Below, one piece after another: positions 18,072 to 29,300 of a stretch of DNA of 64,000 nucleotides. The number at the start of each line of letters is the position of its first letter. Within the stretch, counting starts at the first letter, position 1. The translations under genes and the position numbers were made by a program. Below the pieces are notes generated by a model. It saw only the letters and a program-made list of their open reading frames with translations. It searched no databases and was not told where the DNA came from. The DNA comes from Pelagibacteraceae bacterium AG-422-I02. Lineage in GTDB: Bacteria > Pseudomonadota > Alphaproteobacteria > Pelagibacterales > Pelagibacteraceae. The DNA lies in assembly GCA_003213555.1 (NCBI GenBank), contig QCMS01000005.1, forward strand, positions 3,812 through 67,811. Direction: 5' to 3'.

Positions 18072-20303
18072 ATGAAAAAATTAGCTAAAATAAATCCAAA
18101 AAAAAATAATTATTTGTTAGGAATACAAAGTTTTGCCACTATGGATACAGGTGCTTGTATTCTTAAATTTGACAATAAGGGAAAAATTTTAGATTATATT
18201 GCTATATCGGAAGAGAGACTCTTAAGGAAAAAGTATCCATATACATTTCCAATTTTATCAATTCAATATTGTTTGGATTATTTTAGAATTAGAAACTTAA
18301 AAGATATATCTTTTATTATATCTGATTGGATAAGAGAAAATAGATGGATTAGATCAGGTCCTAGTTATAACTATCAAGAGTTTGACTATATAAAAGAAAA
18401 ACTTAAATTTGATAAAAACAAAATCATACAGATTGACCATCATCTTGCTCATGCTGCTAGTACATTTTATACTAGTGGATTTAGAAAATCAGCAGTTTTA
18501 ATAGTAGATGGAAATGGATCAGATCTGGAAACAAATTCTTATTACGTTGGTAATAAAAATAAGCTTACCTTAATAGAAAAATTTAAAAATCAAGGTATAG
18601 GCGCTGTATACTCAGCTGTAACTAAAGAGATTTTAAATCTAGGCACTGGCTCAGAAGGAAAAACCATGGGACTGGCCCCTTATGGTAAGAAAAATAAAAA
18701 AATAAAAATTAAGTATAAATTAAATGGAATAAGAACTGATTTTTCTCAATTTATGAGAAAAATGCCTTATTCAGATGTATTAAATCAAATTAATAATGAA
18801 TTCAGACCTAAATTAATTAAATTCAAGCATAAAAAAGCTAACAAACAAAATATTATGAAAAAATATTTTGCTGACTGGGCATTTGAGGTACAAGATGTTT
18901 CTGAAAAAGTTCTTTGTCATTTAGCTAAAGATTTAAAAAATAAAACTAAACTGAACAATATTACTGTTGCCGGTGGTGTTGCCTTAAATTGTGTTGCTAA
19001 TCAAAAATTATTTAAAAAAAATAAATTCAAAAATATTTTTGTTTTTCCCGCTTGTTCTGATGCTGGTATACCTTTTGGCTTAACAATATGGGCCTACTAT
19101 AATATTTTTAATGGTAAGAAAAAAGAATTCAAATACAAAAACGCTTACTCAGGAAGAGAGTACATGAATTCTGAAATAATCAAGATACTAAAAAAATTTA
19201 AAATCAGAATAAAAACAATTTCTGTACCAGAAATAGCAAAATTAATATCTAAAAAATATGTAATTGGAAATTTTAATGGGGGCAGTGAATACGGTCCAAG
19301 AGCTTTAGGTAATAGAAGCATACTAGCTGATGCTAGAGATCCTAATATGAGAGATTATATTAACAATAAAGTAAAACATAGAGAAATATTTAGACCATTC
19401 GCACCAGCAATTCTTGAAGAAAAAAGTTCTAAATTTTTTGATGTAAAATACTCTCCATTTATGCTCCAGGTAGCGAAGGTTAAAAAACCCGAATTAATTC
19501 CATCAGCTATTCATGTAGACAATAGCGCAAGAGTTCAAACGGTTAATAAAGATCAAAATGAAAAATTTTATAATATTATAAAAGAATTTGACAAGTTAAC
19601 TGGAATACCCTGCATTCTTAACACCTCTTTTAATGATGCGGGTGAACCTTTAGTTGAAACACCTTTAGATGCCCTAATTTGTTTTTTTAAAACAAAAATA
19701 GATTTTTTAATTTTAAATGATTTTATTATTGATAAAAAAAAATATAATATAAAAAATTTAATTAATGAGCTATCTATATATAGAGACCAGACAATTAGAA
19801 AAAATTTAAAATTATCTTCTAAAAATTTAACAAAAAATTTTAATAAAAAAGAACTTCATTCAAAAATTAAATATGAAAATCAAATAGCAATTCACCATAC
19901 TCTTCAAAGACCAATTTTAAAGTTAAAAAAATTTCATAGTTCTATAAAAAATAAAAAAATACTTATAATTGGAACCAATGATCATACATATGTTTTACAG
20001 CTTTTGTTACCTGATTTTAATAATTTTAACGTTGATTATTTGGAAATAAATAAAAATGATTTTAATAATAAAAAATACAAAATTAAGTTTAAAAAAATAA
20101 CAAAAATAAAAAAAATTAAAAATTATAAAAAAGTTTTTATATCTTCTTTTGAATTTAAAGATGAAATTATAGAGAAATATAACTTAAGAAATTATTTTAC
20201 GCCTTACGATAATTCTTCGAGAAGTATAATTGACTTTTTAATGATTAAAAATAAGATTTCTTTGAAAGAAGTTCATTCTTATGATTTCAATAAATTTTCT
20301 TAA
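18072..20303 (+). CDS. Second NodU/CmcH-family carbamoyltransferase with ~190-aa C-terminal extension
   Basis: SEERL.R.K, DHHLAHAAS, DGNG, EGKTMGLAPYG, AGGVALNC, EYGPRALGNRS, FRPFAP, NTSFN. Confidence 0.92.
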   Translation: MKKLAKINPKKNNYLLGIQSFATMDTGACILKFDNKGKILDYIAISEERLLRKKYPYTFPILSIQYCLDYFRIRNLKDISFIISDWIRENRWIRSGPSYNYQEFDYIKEKLKFDKNKIIQIDHHLAHAASTFYTSGFRKSAVLIVDGNGSDLETNSYYVGNKNKLTLIEKFKNQGIGAVYSAVTKEILNLGTGSEGKTMGLAPYGKKNKKIKIKYKLNGIRTDFSQFMRKMPYSDVLNQINNEFRPKLIKFKHKKANKQNIMKKYFADWAFEVQDVSEKVLCHLAKDLKNKTKLNNITVAGGVALNCVANQKLFKKNKFKNIFVFPACSDAGIPFGLTIWAYYNIFNGKKKEFKYKNAYSGREYMNSEIIKILKKFKIRIKTISVPEIAKLISKKYVIGNFNGGSEYGPRALGNRSILADARDPNMRDYINNKVKHREIFRPFAPAILEEKSSKFFDVKYSPFMLQVAKVKKPELIPSAIHVDNSARVQTVNKDQNEKFYNIIKEFDKLTGIPCILNTSFNDAGEPLVETPLDALICFFKTKIDFLILNDFIIDKKKYNIKNLINELSIYRDQTIRKNLKLSSKNLTKNFNKKELHSKIKYENQIAIHHTLQRPILKLKKFHSSIKNKKILIIGTNDHTYVLQLLLPDFNNFNVDYLEINKNDFNNKKYKIKFKKITKIKKIKNYKKVFISSFEFKDEIIEKYNLRNYFTPYDNSSRSIIDFLMIKNKISLKEVHSYDFNKFS

Positions 20304-20306
20304 TTT

Positions 20307-21014
20307 CTATTTTTTTTGACCCAAAAATGTAAAATGAAATCCGTTCCTATAATTGTTTTCAAGAGATTGATCGTAAAATCCAATATTCAATGGTTTAAAA
20401 ATCTTAAATTTTTTTTTCAATTCTCTCTCATTTTTTGTAAAATTTATATAGTGATAATAAATTGGATGCTTTTGTCTTTGACGATAATCTTTATCTACAC
20501 CCAAATCTACTTTAGTAAGTCCTAATTTATTTTTTCTTTTGCTTGAAAAAAATTTAAAATATTCATTTTTAGTACCCATCATTGTAAAAAAAACAAATCC
20601 CTTTGGTTTAAGCATGTTATTTAATGATATTAGCCTGTTTTTTAAGTCTTCATTGCTTAAGTAATACAAAACTTCGAAACTAACTACTAAATCAAATTTT
20701 TTATCAAAAAAAATATCATCTTTACTGGGTTTAGGATTAATTAATTTAAATTTTTTTTGATTTATTTTTTTTTTACAAACTCTTATTGACTCTTCGGATA
20801 TATCCACACCATAACCATCATACTTATATGTTTTAATAAAATAATTCATATTTGATCCTTCACCACAACCGAATTCTAAAATTTTTAATTTTTTATTTTG
20901 TGGAATATATTTATCTAATAATTTTGATTTCAGTCTAAATGCAAAACTTTCTACATTTGGTGCTGAATATTTTCTATTCCAAAATTTTTGATTAGTAGTT
21001 AAATATTCTTTCAT
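20307..21014 (-). CDS. Class I SAM-dependent methyltransferase
   Basis: ILEFGCGEG, GVDIS, FDLVVS..VLYYL, LKPKG. Confidence 0.88.
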   Translation of the reverse strand: MKEYLTTNQKFWNRKYSAPNVESFAFRLKSKLLDKYIPQNKKLKILEFGCGEGSNMNYFIKTYKYDGYGVDISEESIRVCKKKINQKKFKLINPKPSKDDIFFDKKFDLVVSFEVLYYLSNEDLKNRLISLNNMLKPKGFVFFTMMGTKNEYFKFFSSKRKNKLGLTKVDLGVDKDYRQRQKHPIYYHYINFTKNERELKKKFKIFKPLNIGFYDQSLENNYRNGFHFTFLGQKK

Positions 21015-21018
21015 AAAT

Positions 21019-21094
21019 TGGTGCCCTCACACGGACTCGAACCGCGAACCTATTGATTACAAATCAATTGCTCTACCAATTGAGCTATGAGGGC
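21019..21094 (-). tRNA. tRNA-Thr(TGT)
   Basis: Reverse complement GCCCTCATAGCTCAATTGGTAGAGCAATTGATTTGTAATCAATAGGTTCGCGGTTCGAGTCCGTGTGAGGGCACCA folds as a cloverleaf with anticodon TGT. Confidence 0.97.
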
Positions 21095-21152
21095 TTGAAT
21101 GTTTCTTTAAAATAAATTTAAACAAAAAACAATAGTATTTAAAGTTAAATAA

Positions 21153-21896
21153 TTATTTTATTGACTGAAAAATGTGATGGCAGACTACAGAAACCGTATT
21201 TGATATATTTAAACTTTCAATGTTTTTATTCATATTAACTCTAAATTTAAAATCTGCGTTTTCAAGAGTTTTTGCTTTAATACCAAAGCCCTCTGATCCG
21301 AAGAGTAGAATATTTTTCCCTTTCCAGTTATGTTTTGTAAAATCTTGTTTTGCATCAATATCAAACGCACTTACCCAAAAATTTTTCGTTTTAAGAAATT
21401 TTAATGCTGTATTTATATTAGGTACTTTAAAAATTTTGATATGCTCAGTGCCTCCGCTTGCACTTTTATATAAAAGTTTGCTTTTCGAAGGAAAAGATCT
21501 TTCTTTAACTATTATTCCCTTTATATTGAAAGCTACAGCACTTCTTATAATTGAACCAATATTTCTTGGATCTGTTACTTCTTCAAGTGCGATTAAATTA
21601 ATATTTTCTTTTTTATTTTCAAAAACAAATTCTTTTAAAGAAATTTCTTCAATTTGTTCAACTTCGGCAACTAAACCTTGATGTGCAGTTTCATCTCTAC
21701 CACATAAATTATCTAATTCTTTTCTTGATTTGTAAAAAACACTTAATTTTTTAAACAAATTTAGATTTTGATTTTCTTTATTAATTTTTTTTTGAGCGTC
21801 TTCAGTTAAAAATATTCTCTCAATTTTCCTTGCAGGATTTTTTAAAGCTTCTAAAACTGCATGTTTTCCTACAATTAAAAAGGTGGTTTTTTTCAT
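21153..21896 (-). CDS. rlmB: 23S rRNA Gm2251 methyltransferase RlmB
   Basis: GKHAVLEAL, HQG, DPRNIGSIIRSA, GSEG.G, ESLNIS. Confidence 0.9.
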   Translation of the reverse strand: MKKTTFLIVGKHAVLEALKNPARKIERIFLTEDAQKKINKENQNLNLFKKLSVFYKSRKELDNLCGRDETAHQGLVAEVEQIEEISLKEFVFENKKENINLIALEEVTDPRNIGSIIRSAVAFNIKGIIVKERSFPSKSKLLYKSASGGTEHIKIFKVPNINTALKFLKTKNFWVSAFDIDAKQDFTKHNWKGKNILLFGSEGFGIKAKTLENADFKFRVNMNKNIESLNISNTVSVVCHHIFQSIK

Positions 21897-21951
21897 GTTT
21901 TTTTGGGCGTAGTACTCGATTTATTAGCATATTTTAAGGTAAAATGATTGA

Positions 21952-21979
21952 TTGCAATTATTACATAAATGCTTATAAA
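21952..21979 (+). promoter_or_regulatory. Putative promoter of the tRNA-Tyr/Gly-tuf operon
   Basis: TTGCAA (21952-57), 16 nt, TATAAA (21974-79), preceded by GCT as in the rpsD promoter. Confidence 0.5.
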
Positions 21980-22028
21980 ACGCTTGTTGTTAAATGCTTT
22001 TTAAGTTAGTGGGTATCCCCAATATTAA

Positions 22029-22114
22029 GGAGGGGTACCAAAGCGGTCAAATGGGGCGGGCTGTAAACCCGTTGACTTCGGTCTTCGAAAGTTCGAATCT
22101 TTCCCCCTCCACCA
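22029..22114 (+). tRNA. tRNA-Tyr(GTA)
   Basis: GGAGGGG/CCCCTCC acceptor, CTGTAAA loop, long variable arm, CCA. Confidence 0.97.
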
Positions 22115-22158
22115 AACTTAAAGCTTTGACAATTAAGAGCGCGATAAGTTTGGATATT

Positions 22159-22232
22159 GCGGGTGTAGTTCAATGGTAGAACGCTAGCCTTCCAAGCTGG
22201 ATGTAAGGGTTCGATTCCCTTTACCCGCTCCA
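22159..22232 (+). tRNA. tRNA-Gly(TCC)
   Basis: GCGGGTG/TACCCGC acceptor, CTTCCAA loop, CCA. Confidence 0.97.
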
Positions 22233-22270
22233 AAATTAAAAAATTAAAATATAAAGTGAGGAAAAAATAG

Positions 22271-23470
22271 ATGTCGAAAGAAAAGTTTAACCGAAACAAG
22301 CCACATTGTAATATTGGTACTATTGGACACGTTGACCATGGAAAGACAACATTAACAGCTGCAATAACTAAAGTATTGTCTGAAGCTGGAGGTACTAGTT
22401 CTGCAAACTTTGTTGCTTATGATCAAATTGATAAAGCCCCAGAGGAAAAAGAGAGAGGAATAACAATTTCAACTGCTCACGTTGAATATGAAACTGAAAA
22501 AAGACACTACGCTCACGTAGATTGTCCAGGTCACGCTGACTACGTAAAAAATATGATTACTGGTGCAGCGCAAATGGATGGAGCTATTTTAGTAGTAAAC
22601 GCTGCTGACGGACCAATGCCTCAAACAAGAGAGCATATACTTTTAGCTAGACAAGTAGGAGTTCCTGCAATTGTGGTTTTCCTGAACAAAATAGATACAG
22701 TTAAAGATAAAGAGCTTGTTGATTTAGTTGAAGAAGAAATTAGAGAGCTTTTAACATCTTATAAATTTCCAGGTGATAAAATTCCAATAATCAAAGGTTC
22801 AGCTTTAAATGCCGTTGAAGGAAAAGATGAAGCTACGGGAAAAAATGCAATCATGGAATTAATGAAAGCAGTTGATGAAACTATTCCTCAACCTGATAGA
22901 CCTAAAGATAAACCTTTCTTAATGCCAGTTGAAGATGTTTTCTCTATATCTGGGAGAGGAACAGTTGTAACCGGAAGAGTGGAGTCAGGTGTTATTAAGG
23001 TTGGTGAGGAAATTGAAATTGTAGGTATAAGAGATACAAAAAAATCAGTTTGTACTGGTGTAGAAATGTTTAGAAAACTTTTAGACAGTGGTGAAGCAGG
23101 TGATAACATAGGTGCACTTCTAAGAGGTGTTGAAAGAACAGACGTTGAAAGAGGTCAAGTTCTTTGTAAACCAGGATCAATTACCCCACATACTGAATTT
23201 GAATGTCAGGCTTATATTTTAAAAAAAGAAGAAGGTGGTAGACACACACCATTCTTTACAAAGTATAGACCTCAATTTTATTTTAGAACTACAGATGTAA
23301 CTGGAGAAGTAACTTTACCATCGGGCACAGAAATGGTTATGCCTGGTGATGATGGAAAATTTACGGTTAAATTAATTACACCGATTGCAATGAATGAAAA
23401 TCTTAATTTTGCGATAAGAGAAGGTGGAAAAACAGTTGGAGCTGGAGTAGTAACTAAAATAGTTAAGTAG
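22271..23470 (+). CDS. tuf: Elongation factor Tu
   Basis: [28 protein letters not shown]. Confidence 0.99.
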   Translation: MSKEKFNRNKPHCNIGTIGHVDHGKTTLTAAITKVLSEAGGTSSANFVAYDQIDKAPEEKERGITISTAHVEYETEKRHYAHVDCPGHADYVKNMITGAAQMDGAILVVNAADGPMPQTREHILLARQVGVPAIVVFLNKIDTVKDKELVDLVEEEIRELLTSYKFPGDKIPIIKGSALNAVEGKDEATGKNAIMELMKAVDETIPQPDRPKDKPFLMPVEDVFSISGRGTVVTGRVESGVIKVGEEIEIVGIRDTKKSVCTGVEMFRKLLDSGEAGDNIGALLRGVERTDVERGQVLCKPGSITPHTEFECQAYILKKEEGGRHTPFFTKYRPQFYFRTTDVTGEVTLPSGTEMVMPGDDGKFTVKLITPIAMNENLNFAIREGGKTVGAGVVTKIVK

Positions 23471-23475
23471 CGCTT

Positions 23476-23551
23476 AGGAGCGTAGTTCAATTGGTAGAGC
23501 GCCGGTCTCCAAAACCGGAGGTTGTGGGTTCGAGTCCCTCCGCTCCTGCCA
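23476..23551 (+). tRNA. tRNA-Trp(CCA)
   Basis: AGGAGCG/CGCTCCT acceptor, CTCCAAA loop, CCA; classical tuf-trnW-secE position. Confidence 0.97.
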
Positions 23552-23565
23552 AACCGTGGAGAGTT

Positions 23566-23757
23566 ATGAAAAACCCTTTAAAATTTATTCAAGAGGTTAA
23601 GCAAGAAACCTTTAGAATTACATGGCCAACAAAAAAAGACACGATGATGGGAGCTGTGATGGTTTTTGCATTAGCTTCTATAGCAGCAATATTCTTTTTA
23701 ATACTTGATCAAATTTTAAGATTTCTTCTAAACATAGTTTTAACGATAAATATTTAA
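23566..23757 (+). CDS. secE: Preprotein translocase SecE
   Basis: F..EVK.E...ITWP motif plus TM helix; true start is ATG 23566 (ORF-track start lies inside tRNA-Trp). Confidence 0.93.
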   Translation: MKNPLKFIQEVKQETFRITWPTKKDTMMGAVMVFALASIAAIFFLILDQILRFLLNIVLTINI

Positions 23758-24282
23758 ATGAATTGGTATATTGTACAAGCTTACTCTGGTTTTGAAAAAA
23801 AAGTAGTTGAAGCAATTAAGGAAGAATTAAAAAAACAAAAATTATCTGAGAAATTAGAGGAAATTTTGGTTCCTACACATCAAGTGACGGAAGTAAAAAA
23901 AGGCAAAAGAACAAAAAAAGAAAAAAAATTTTTTCCCGGCTATGTTTTAATTAAGATTGAGCTTACAAAAGAAATTTATCACATGATCAAAAATCTTCAA
24001 AAAGTTAGCGGTTTTTTAGGTTCTTCAGATAAACCAACACCAATATCAGATAATGAAATTAAACGAATTTTAGGTCAAGTATCTGAAAGCGCTGTAACGC
24101 AAAAAGCTGGAATTAGTTTTGAAATAGGTGAAAAAGTTAAGGTTTGTGATGGTCCATTTGCATCTTTTAATGGATTAATCGAAGAAATTGATGAAGAAAA
24201 ATCTAGACTTAAAGTCTCAGTTTCTATATTTGGTAGGGCTACTCCTGTAGATTTAGAATTTAACCAGGTGGAAAAAAATTAG
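23758..24282 (+). CDS. nusG: Transcription factor NusG
   Basis: WYIVQAYSGFE, FPGYVL, DGPFASF, IFGRATPV. Confidence 0.98.
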   Translation: MNWYIVQAYSGFEKKVVEAIKEELKKQKLSEKLEEILVPTHQVTEVKKGKRTKKEKKFFPGYVLIKIELTKEIYHMIKNLQKVSGFLGSSDKPTPISDNEIKRILGQVSESAVTQKAGISFEIGEKVKVCDGPFASFNGLIEEIDEEKSRLKVSVSIFGRATPVDLEFNQVEKN

Positions 24283-24708
24283 ATGGCAAAAGAAATAACA
24301 GGTTACGTAAAGTTACAAATCAAAGGTGGACAAGCGAATCCAGCTCCACCCGTTGGCCCAGCATTAGGTCAAAGGGGAATAAATATTATGGAATTTTGCA
24401 AAGCTTTTAATGAGAAGACAAAAGCTTTTATGGGAAAACCTGTTCCTGTGATTATAACAGTTTATAAAGATAAAAAATTTGATTTTATAATTAAATCTCC
24501 TCCAGCGTCACATTTTATTAGAGAAGCAGCGAAATTAAAAAGTGGGTCAAGTGAGCCAGGTAGAGTTGTTGCAGGTTCGATTACAATGAAACAGGCGGAA
24601 GCAATTGCAAAAGAAAAAATGAAAGATTTAAATGCTTTTGATATTAAAGAGGCAACAAAAATAATATGTGGGTCCGCGAGATCAATGGGTATTGAAGTTA
24701 AGGAATAG
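24283..24708 (+). CDS. rplK: 50S ribosomal protein L11
   Basis: [26 protein letters not shown]. Confidence 0.98.
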   Translation: MAKEITGYVKLQIKGGQANPAPPVGPALGQRGINIMEFCKAFNEKTKAFMGKPVPVIITVYKDKKFDFIIKSPPASHFIREAAKLKSGSSEPGRVVAGSITMKQAEAIAKEKMKDLNAFDIKEATKIICGSARSMGIEVKE

Positions 24709-24710
24709 TT

Positions 24711-25397
24711 ATGAAAAGAAATTCTAAAAGATATAAAGAAATTTTAAAAAATAAAATCAAAGATAAAAAAATTAGTCCTATAGAAGCATTAGACTTAGTA
24801 AAAAAAAATTCTACATCAAAGTTTGATGAGTCAATTGATGTCTCTTTAAAAATAAATTTAAAACAATCTAAAGGTGGTGATTTAAGTTTAAGAACAGTAG
24901 TAAATTTACCGAATGGCTCAGGAAAGAAAAGTAAAGTTGCTGTTTTATGTGAAACTGACAAAATTGATGAAGCCAAAAAAACTGGAGCAGATGTTGTAGG
25001 TTCAGATGATCTTATAGAAAAAATTGCATCAGGTAAAATTGATTTTACAAAACTTATTTGTACTCCAGCTATGATGAGTAAAATAGGGAAGCATGGTAAA
25101 GTTTTAGGGCCAAAAGGTTTAATGCCGAACCCTAAGTTAGGAACAGTCACAACAGATATAAAGAAAGCAGTTAAAGATATTAAAACAGGATTAGTTGAAA
25201 TTCGAAATGATAAAGATGGAAATCTTGCATCGACAATAGGTAGAAAAAGCCTCCCTACAGAAAAGTTATTAGAAAATTATAATCACTTTATAGAAAGTGT
25301 AAAAAAAGAAAAGCCTGACACAATTAAAGGGGAGTTTATAAAAAATATTTTTTTAACTTCTACAATGGGTATTTCTTATAAAGTAGGAGCTAAATAA
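24711..25397 (+). CDS. rplA: 50S ribosomal protein L1
   Basis: KFDES, LGPKGLMPNPKLGTV, STMG. Confidence 0.98.
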   Translation: MKRNSKRYKEILKNKIKDKKISPIEALDLVKKNSTSKFDESIDVSLKINLKQSKGGDLSLRTVVNLPNGSGKKSKVAVLCETDKIDEAKKTGADVVGSDDLIEKIASGKIDFTKLICTPAMMSKIGKHGKVLGPKGLMPNPKLGTVTTDIKKAVKDIKTGLVEIRNDKDGNLASTIGRKSLPTEKLLENYNHFIESVKKEKPDTIKGEFIKNIFLTSTMGISYKVGAK

Positions 25398-25401
25398 AGC
25401 T

Positions 25402-25914
25402 ATGATGTCTAAAGATGCTAAAAAGAATTATATTGAGGAAATGAAAAAAAATTTTACTGATAATGAGTCAGTAATGATTGCTCAGTACCAAGGTCTTAAC
25501 GTTAATGAGTTAGACACTTTGAGAAAGGAATTAAGAGAAAAAGGTATTTTATTTAAAATTACAAAAAATAGAATTACAAAGTTGGCTTTAAAAGAAACAC
25601 CAAAAAAAGATCTTGAAAAATTTTTTACTGGCCCAACAGCAGCTGCAATTTCTTCTGATCCGATTTCAACAGCAAAGATTTTAACAAAATTCTCAAAATC
25701 AAATGATAAGCTAAAAATAATAGCTGGATTCATGGATGGTAAGGTTTTGGATGAAAAAGAGGTGTCTGTTATTGCCACACTACCTTCTTTAGAGGAAGCG
25801 AGAGCTAAAATAGTGGGAATATTGGCCACACCAGCTCAAAAATTAGTGAGTATTTTACTTGCACCCGGCTCAAAAATTGCTAATTTAGCGCGCGCAAAGA
25901 GTTTAAAAAATTAA
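25402..25914 (+). CDS. rplJ: 50S ribosomal protein L10
   Basis: YQGLNV, KNRIT, GPTA, LPSLEE; synteny. Confidence 0.96.
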   Translation: MMSKDAKKNYIEEMKKNFTDNESVMIAQYQGLNVNELDTLRKELREKGILFKITKNRITKLALKETPKKDLEKFFTGPTAAAISSDPISTAKILTKFSKSNDKLKIIAGFMDGKVLDEKEVSVIATLPSLEEARAKIVGILATPAQKLVSILLAPGSKIANLARAKSLKN

Positions 25915-25928
25915 ATTACAGGATTAAA

Positions 25929-26300
25929 ATGGCAGACTTAAATAAAATTATAGATGAACTTTCAACTTTAACAGTGGTTGAAGCAGCAGAGTTATCTAAA
26001 CAACTTGAGGAAAAATGGGGTGTTACAGCAGCAGCCCCTGTAGCAGCGGCACCAGCAGGTGCGGCAGCAACACCAGCCGGAGAGGAAAAATCTGAATTTT
26101 CAATTTTCCTAGCTTCTGCAGGAGACAAAAAAATTAACGTAATTAAAGAAGTAAGAGCGATAACTGGTTTAGGTTTAAAAGAAGCTAAAGACTTAGTAGA
26201 AGCAGCCCCTAAAGAAGTCAAAGGCGGCGTAGCTAAGAAAGATGCTGAAGAATTTAAGAAAAAACTTGAAGCAGCTGGAGCTAAAGTAGAATTAAAGTAA
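25929..26300 (+). CDS. rplL: 50S ribosomal protein L7/L12
   Basis: [25 protein letters not shown]. Confidence 0.98.
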   Translation: MADLNKIIDELSTLTVVEAAELSKQLEEKWGVTAAAPVAAAPAGAAATPAGEEKSEFSIFLASAGDKKINVIKEVRAITGLGLKEAKDLVEAAPKEVKGGVAKKDAEEFKKKLEAAGAKVELK

Positions 26301-26362
26301 ACAAAATTTAAGACTGAATTTTATTGCAAAGTAATATCTGCAATAAAATTTTTTTATATTTA

Positions 26363-29300
26363 ATGCAATTATCTTTTACTCAAAAGAAACATATTAGAAA
26401 AAACTTTGGTAAACTAGTTGAAGGCTTATCAATTCCGAATCTTATTGAAGTACAAAAAAATTCATATAATGAATTCTTAGAGTCAAAGTCCTTAAATGAG
26501 CAACTAAACGAGCTATCGAAAGGGATAGATAAGGTTTTTAAAAGTATTTTTCCTATCGAAGACGGAAACGATAAATCTACCTTAGAATATATTTCTTATA
26601 AACTAGAAAGACCAAAGTTTGATGTAATTGAATGCAAACAAAGAAGTTTGTCGTATTCAGCAGCTTTAAAAGCAAATTTAAGATTAGTTGTTTACGATAT
26701 AGATACAGAAACTAACACAAAGCAAATTCTATCAGCAAAAGAGCAAGAGGTTTTTATAGGAGATCTTCCTTTAATGACACCAAGTGCTACATTTATTACC
26801 AATGGTGTCGAGAGAGTTGTTGTGAATCAAATGCATAGAAGTCCTGGAGTTTTTTTTGATCACGATAAAGGCAAAACCCATGCAAGTGGTAAACTTTTAT
26901 TTAATTGCAGAATAATTCCTGGAAGAGGTTCATGGTTAGATTTTGAATTTGACCCAAAGGATATTCTTTATTTTAGAATAGATAGAAAAAAGAAACTTCC
27001 AATCACAACATTTTTATTTGCCCTTGGCTTTACAAAAGCTAAGATAATTGAAACTTTTTATTCCACAAATAATTATGTTTACAATAAAGAAAATAAAAGT
27101 TGGACAACCAAATTCAATTTAGAAAATTATAAAAGACCTATTAAATTGTCTTATGATTTGATTGATGCAAAAAATAACAAAAAAGTTTTAAGTGCTGGTG
27201 ATAAATTAAATATAGTGATTGCAAAAAAGCTTAAGGAAAAGGGTTTAGAACTAATTGCAATACCTAACGCACAAATAATTGGTAAATATTTAGGAAAAGA
27301 CATTAAAGATAAGAGTGGAGAAATACTAGTAGGAGCAGGCTTCGATATCACCGAAGAACAACTTGAAAAAATTATAGCTCAAGATGAAAAAGAATTGAAT
27401 ATTGTGAATATAGATCCAATCAATAAAGGACCATATATTCTTGAAAGTCTTAAAGCCGATAAAAACACAAATAAAAATGATGCATTAAATGATATTTATA
27501 AAGTTTTAAGACCAGGTGAAGCACCATCTGTAGAAATAGCGGAAGAAATTTTTAATAACTTATATTTTAAGACAGAGAGATATGACCTATCTGAAGTTGG
27601 TAGAGTGAAGTTAAATTCTAAGATGGATTTGAATACAAACCCAAAGAAAACTGTTTTAGAAACTGGAGATATTATAGCTATCATTAAATTTATGTTAGAT
27701 TTAAGAGACGGAAAAGGAGATGTAGATGATATTGATCATTTGGGTAACAGAAGAGTACGTTCAGTTGGAGAGCTAGTAGAAAATCAGTTTAGAATAGGTC
27801 TTTTAAGAATGGAAAGAACAGTTAAAGAAAAGATGTCTACTTTTCTTGAAATAGAGTCAGCAATGCCTCAGGATTTGATCAATGCTAAACCAATAACAAC
27901 CTCATTAAAAGATTTTTTTGCAACATCTCAACTTTCCCAATTTATGGATCAAACCAACCCATTATCAGAAATTACTCATAAGAGAAGAGTTTCAGCTTTA
28001 GGCCCAGGGGGATTGACAAGAGAAAGAGCTGGTTTTGAAGTTAGAGATGTACATCCTACTCATTATGGTAGAATTTGTCCAATTGAAACTCCCGAAGGAC
28101 CAAACATTGGATTAATTAATAGTTTAGCAACCTATTGTAGAGTAAATAAGTTTGGTTATATAGAAAGTCCATATAAAAAAGTTGTAAATGGAAAGGTTAC
28201 ACCAGAAATAAAATATTTATCAGCAATAGAAGAGGAAAAATTTACAATAGCACAAGCCAATTCAGCTTTAAATAAAGATGGTTCTTTTGTAGAGGAGTTA
28301 GTAGCTTGCAGAAAAAATTTAAATTTCGAATTATCATCTAAAGAGAACATTGATTACATTGATGTGTCTCCAAAACAATTAGTTTCAGTTGCTGCTGCTT
28401 TAATACCATTTTTAGAAAATGATGATGCTAATAGAGCATTAATGGGATCTAATATGATGAGACAAGCAGTGCCGTTATTAAAACCAGAGTCGCCATTAGT
28501 AGGTACAGGTATAGAGTCAGATGTAGCATTAGACTCGGGAGTAACAATAGTCGCTAAAAGAAGCGGAGTTGTGGATAAAATCGATGGCAAAAGAATTGTG
28601 GTAAAAGCATCAGATGTTACTGATCTGTCTCAGTCAGCTGTAGATATTTATAATCTATCTAAATTTCAAAGATCAAATCAAAACACATGTATTAATCAAA
28701 AACCATTGGTTAAAGTTGGCGACAAAATAAAAAAAGGAGACATAATAGCTGATGGTCCAGCAACTAAACTTGGTGAGCTAGCATTAGGTAAAAATGTTAC
28801 AGTCGCTTTTATGCCTTGGCAAGGGTACAATTTTGAAGATTCAATTTTGATATCCGAAAGATGCGTTACAGATGATGTATTTACTTCAGTACATATTGAA
28901 GAATATGAGTCTATGGCTAGAGATACAAAACTTGGTGCTGAGGAAATTACGAGGGATATCCCTAATGTAAGCGAAGAAAGTCTTAGAAACCTTGATGAGT
29001 CAGGAATAGTTTATGTTGGTGCCGAAGTTAAACCAGGTGATATTTTAGTTGGTAAAGTTACTCCAAAAAGTGAGACTTCTTCTAGTCCTGAGGAAAAGTT
29101 ACTAAGATCCATTTTCGGAGAAAAAGCTACAGATGTAAGAGACTCTTCGCTTAAACTTCCCTCTGGAAGCACTGGAGTGGTAATAGATGTAAGAGTTTTT
29201 AATAGACATGGTATTGAAAAAGACGAGAGATCTATTGCCATTGAAAGAGCTGAAATAGAGTCAGTTCAAGAAGACAAAAAAGTTGAAGAAGAAATTTTAA

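Noticed and set aside
18060-21094. att-type duplication of the tRNA-Thr 3' end bounding the second accessory block
   Set aside because: I found no partial tRNA-Thr copy near 18065 or 20305 by eye, so I did not call it a mobile element.
21994-22299. ORFs 21994-22179 (+) and 22006-22299 (-)
   Set aside because: They overlap tRNA-Tyr and tRNA-Gly and are spurious.
23525-23541. U-U mismatch in the tRNA-Trp T-stem
   Set aside because: A single non-canonical pair in an otherwise normal tRNA at its canonical locus is not evidence of pseudogenisation or recoding.
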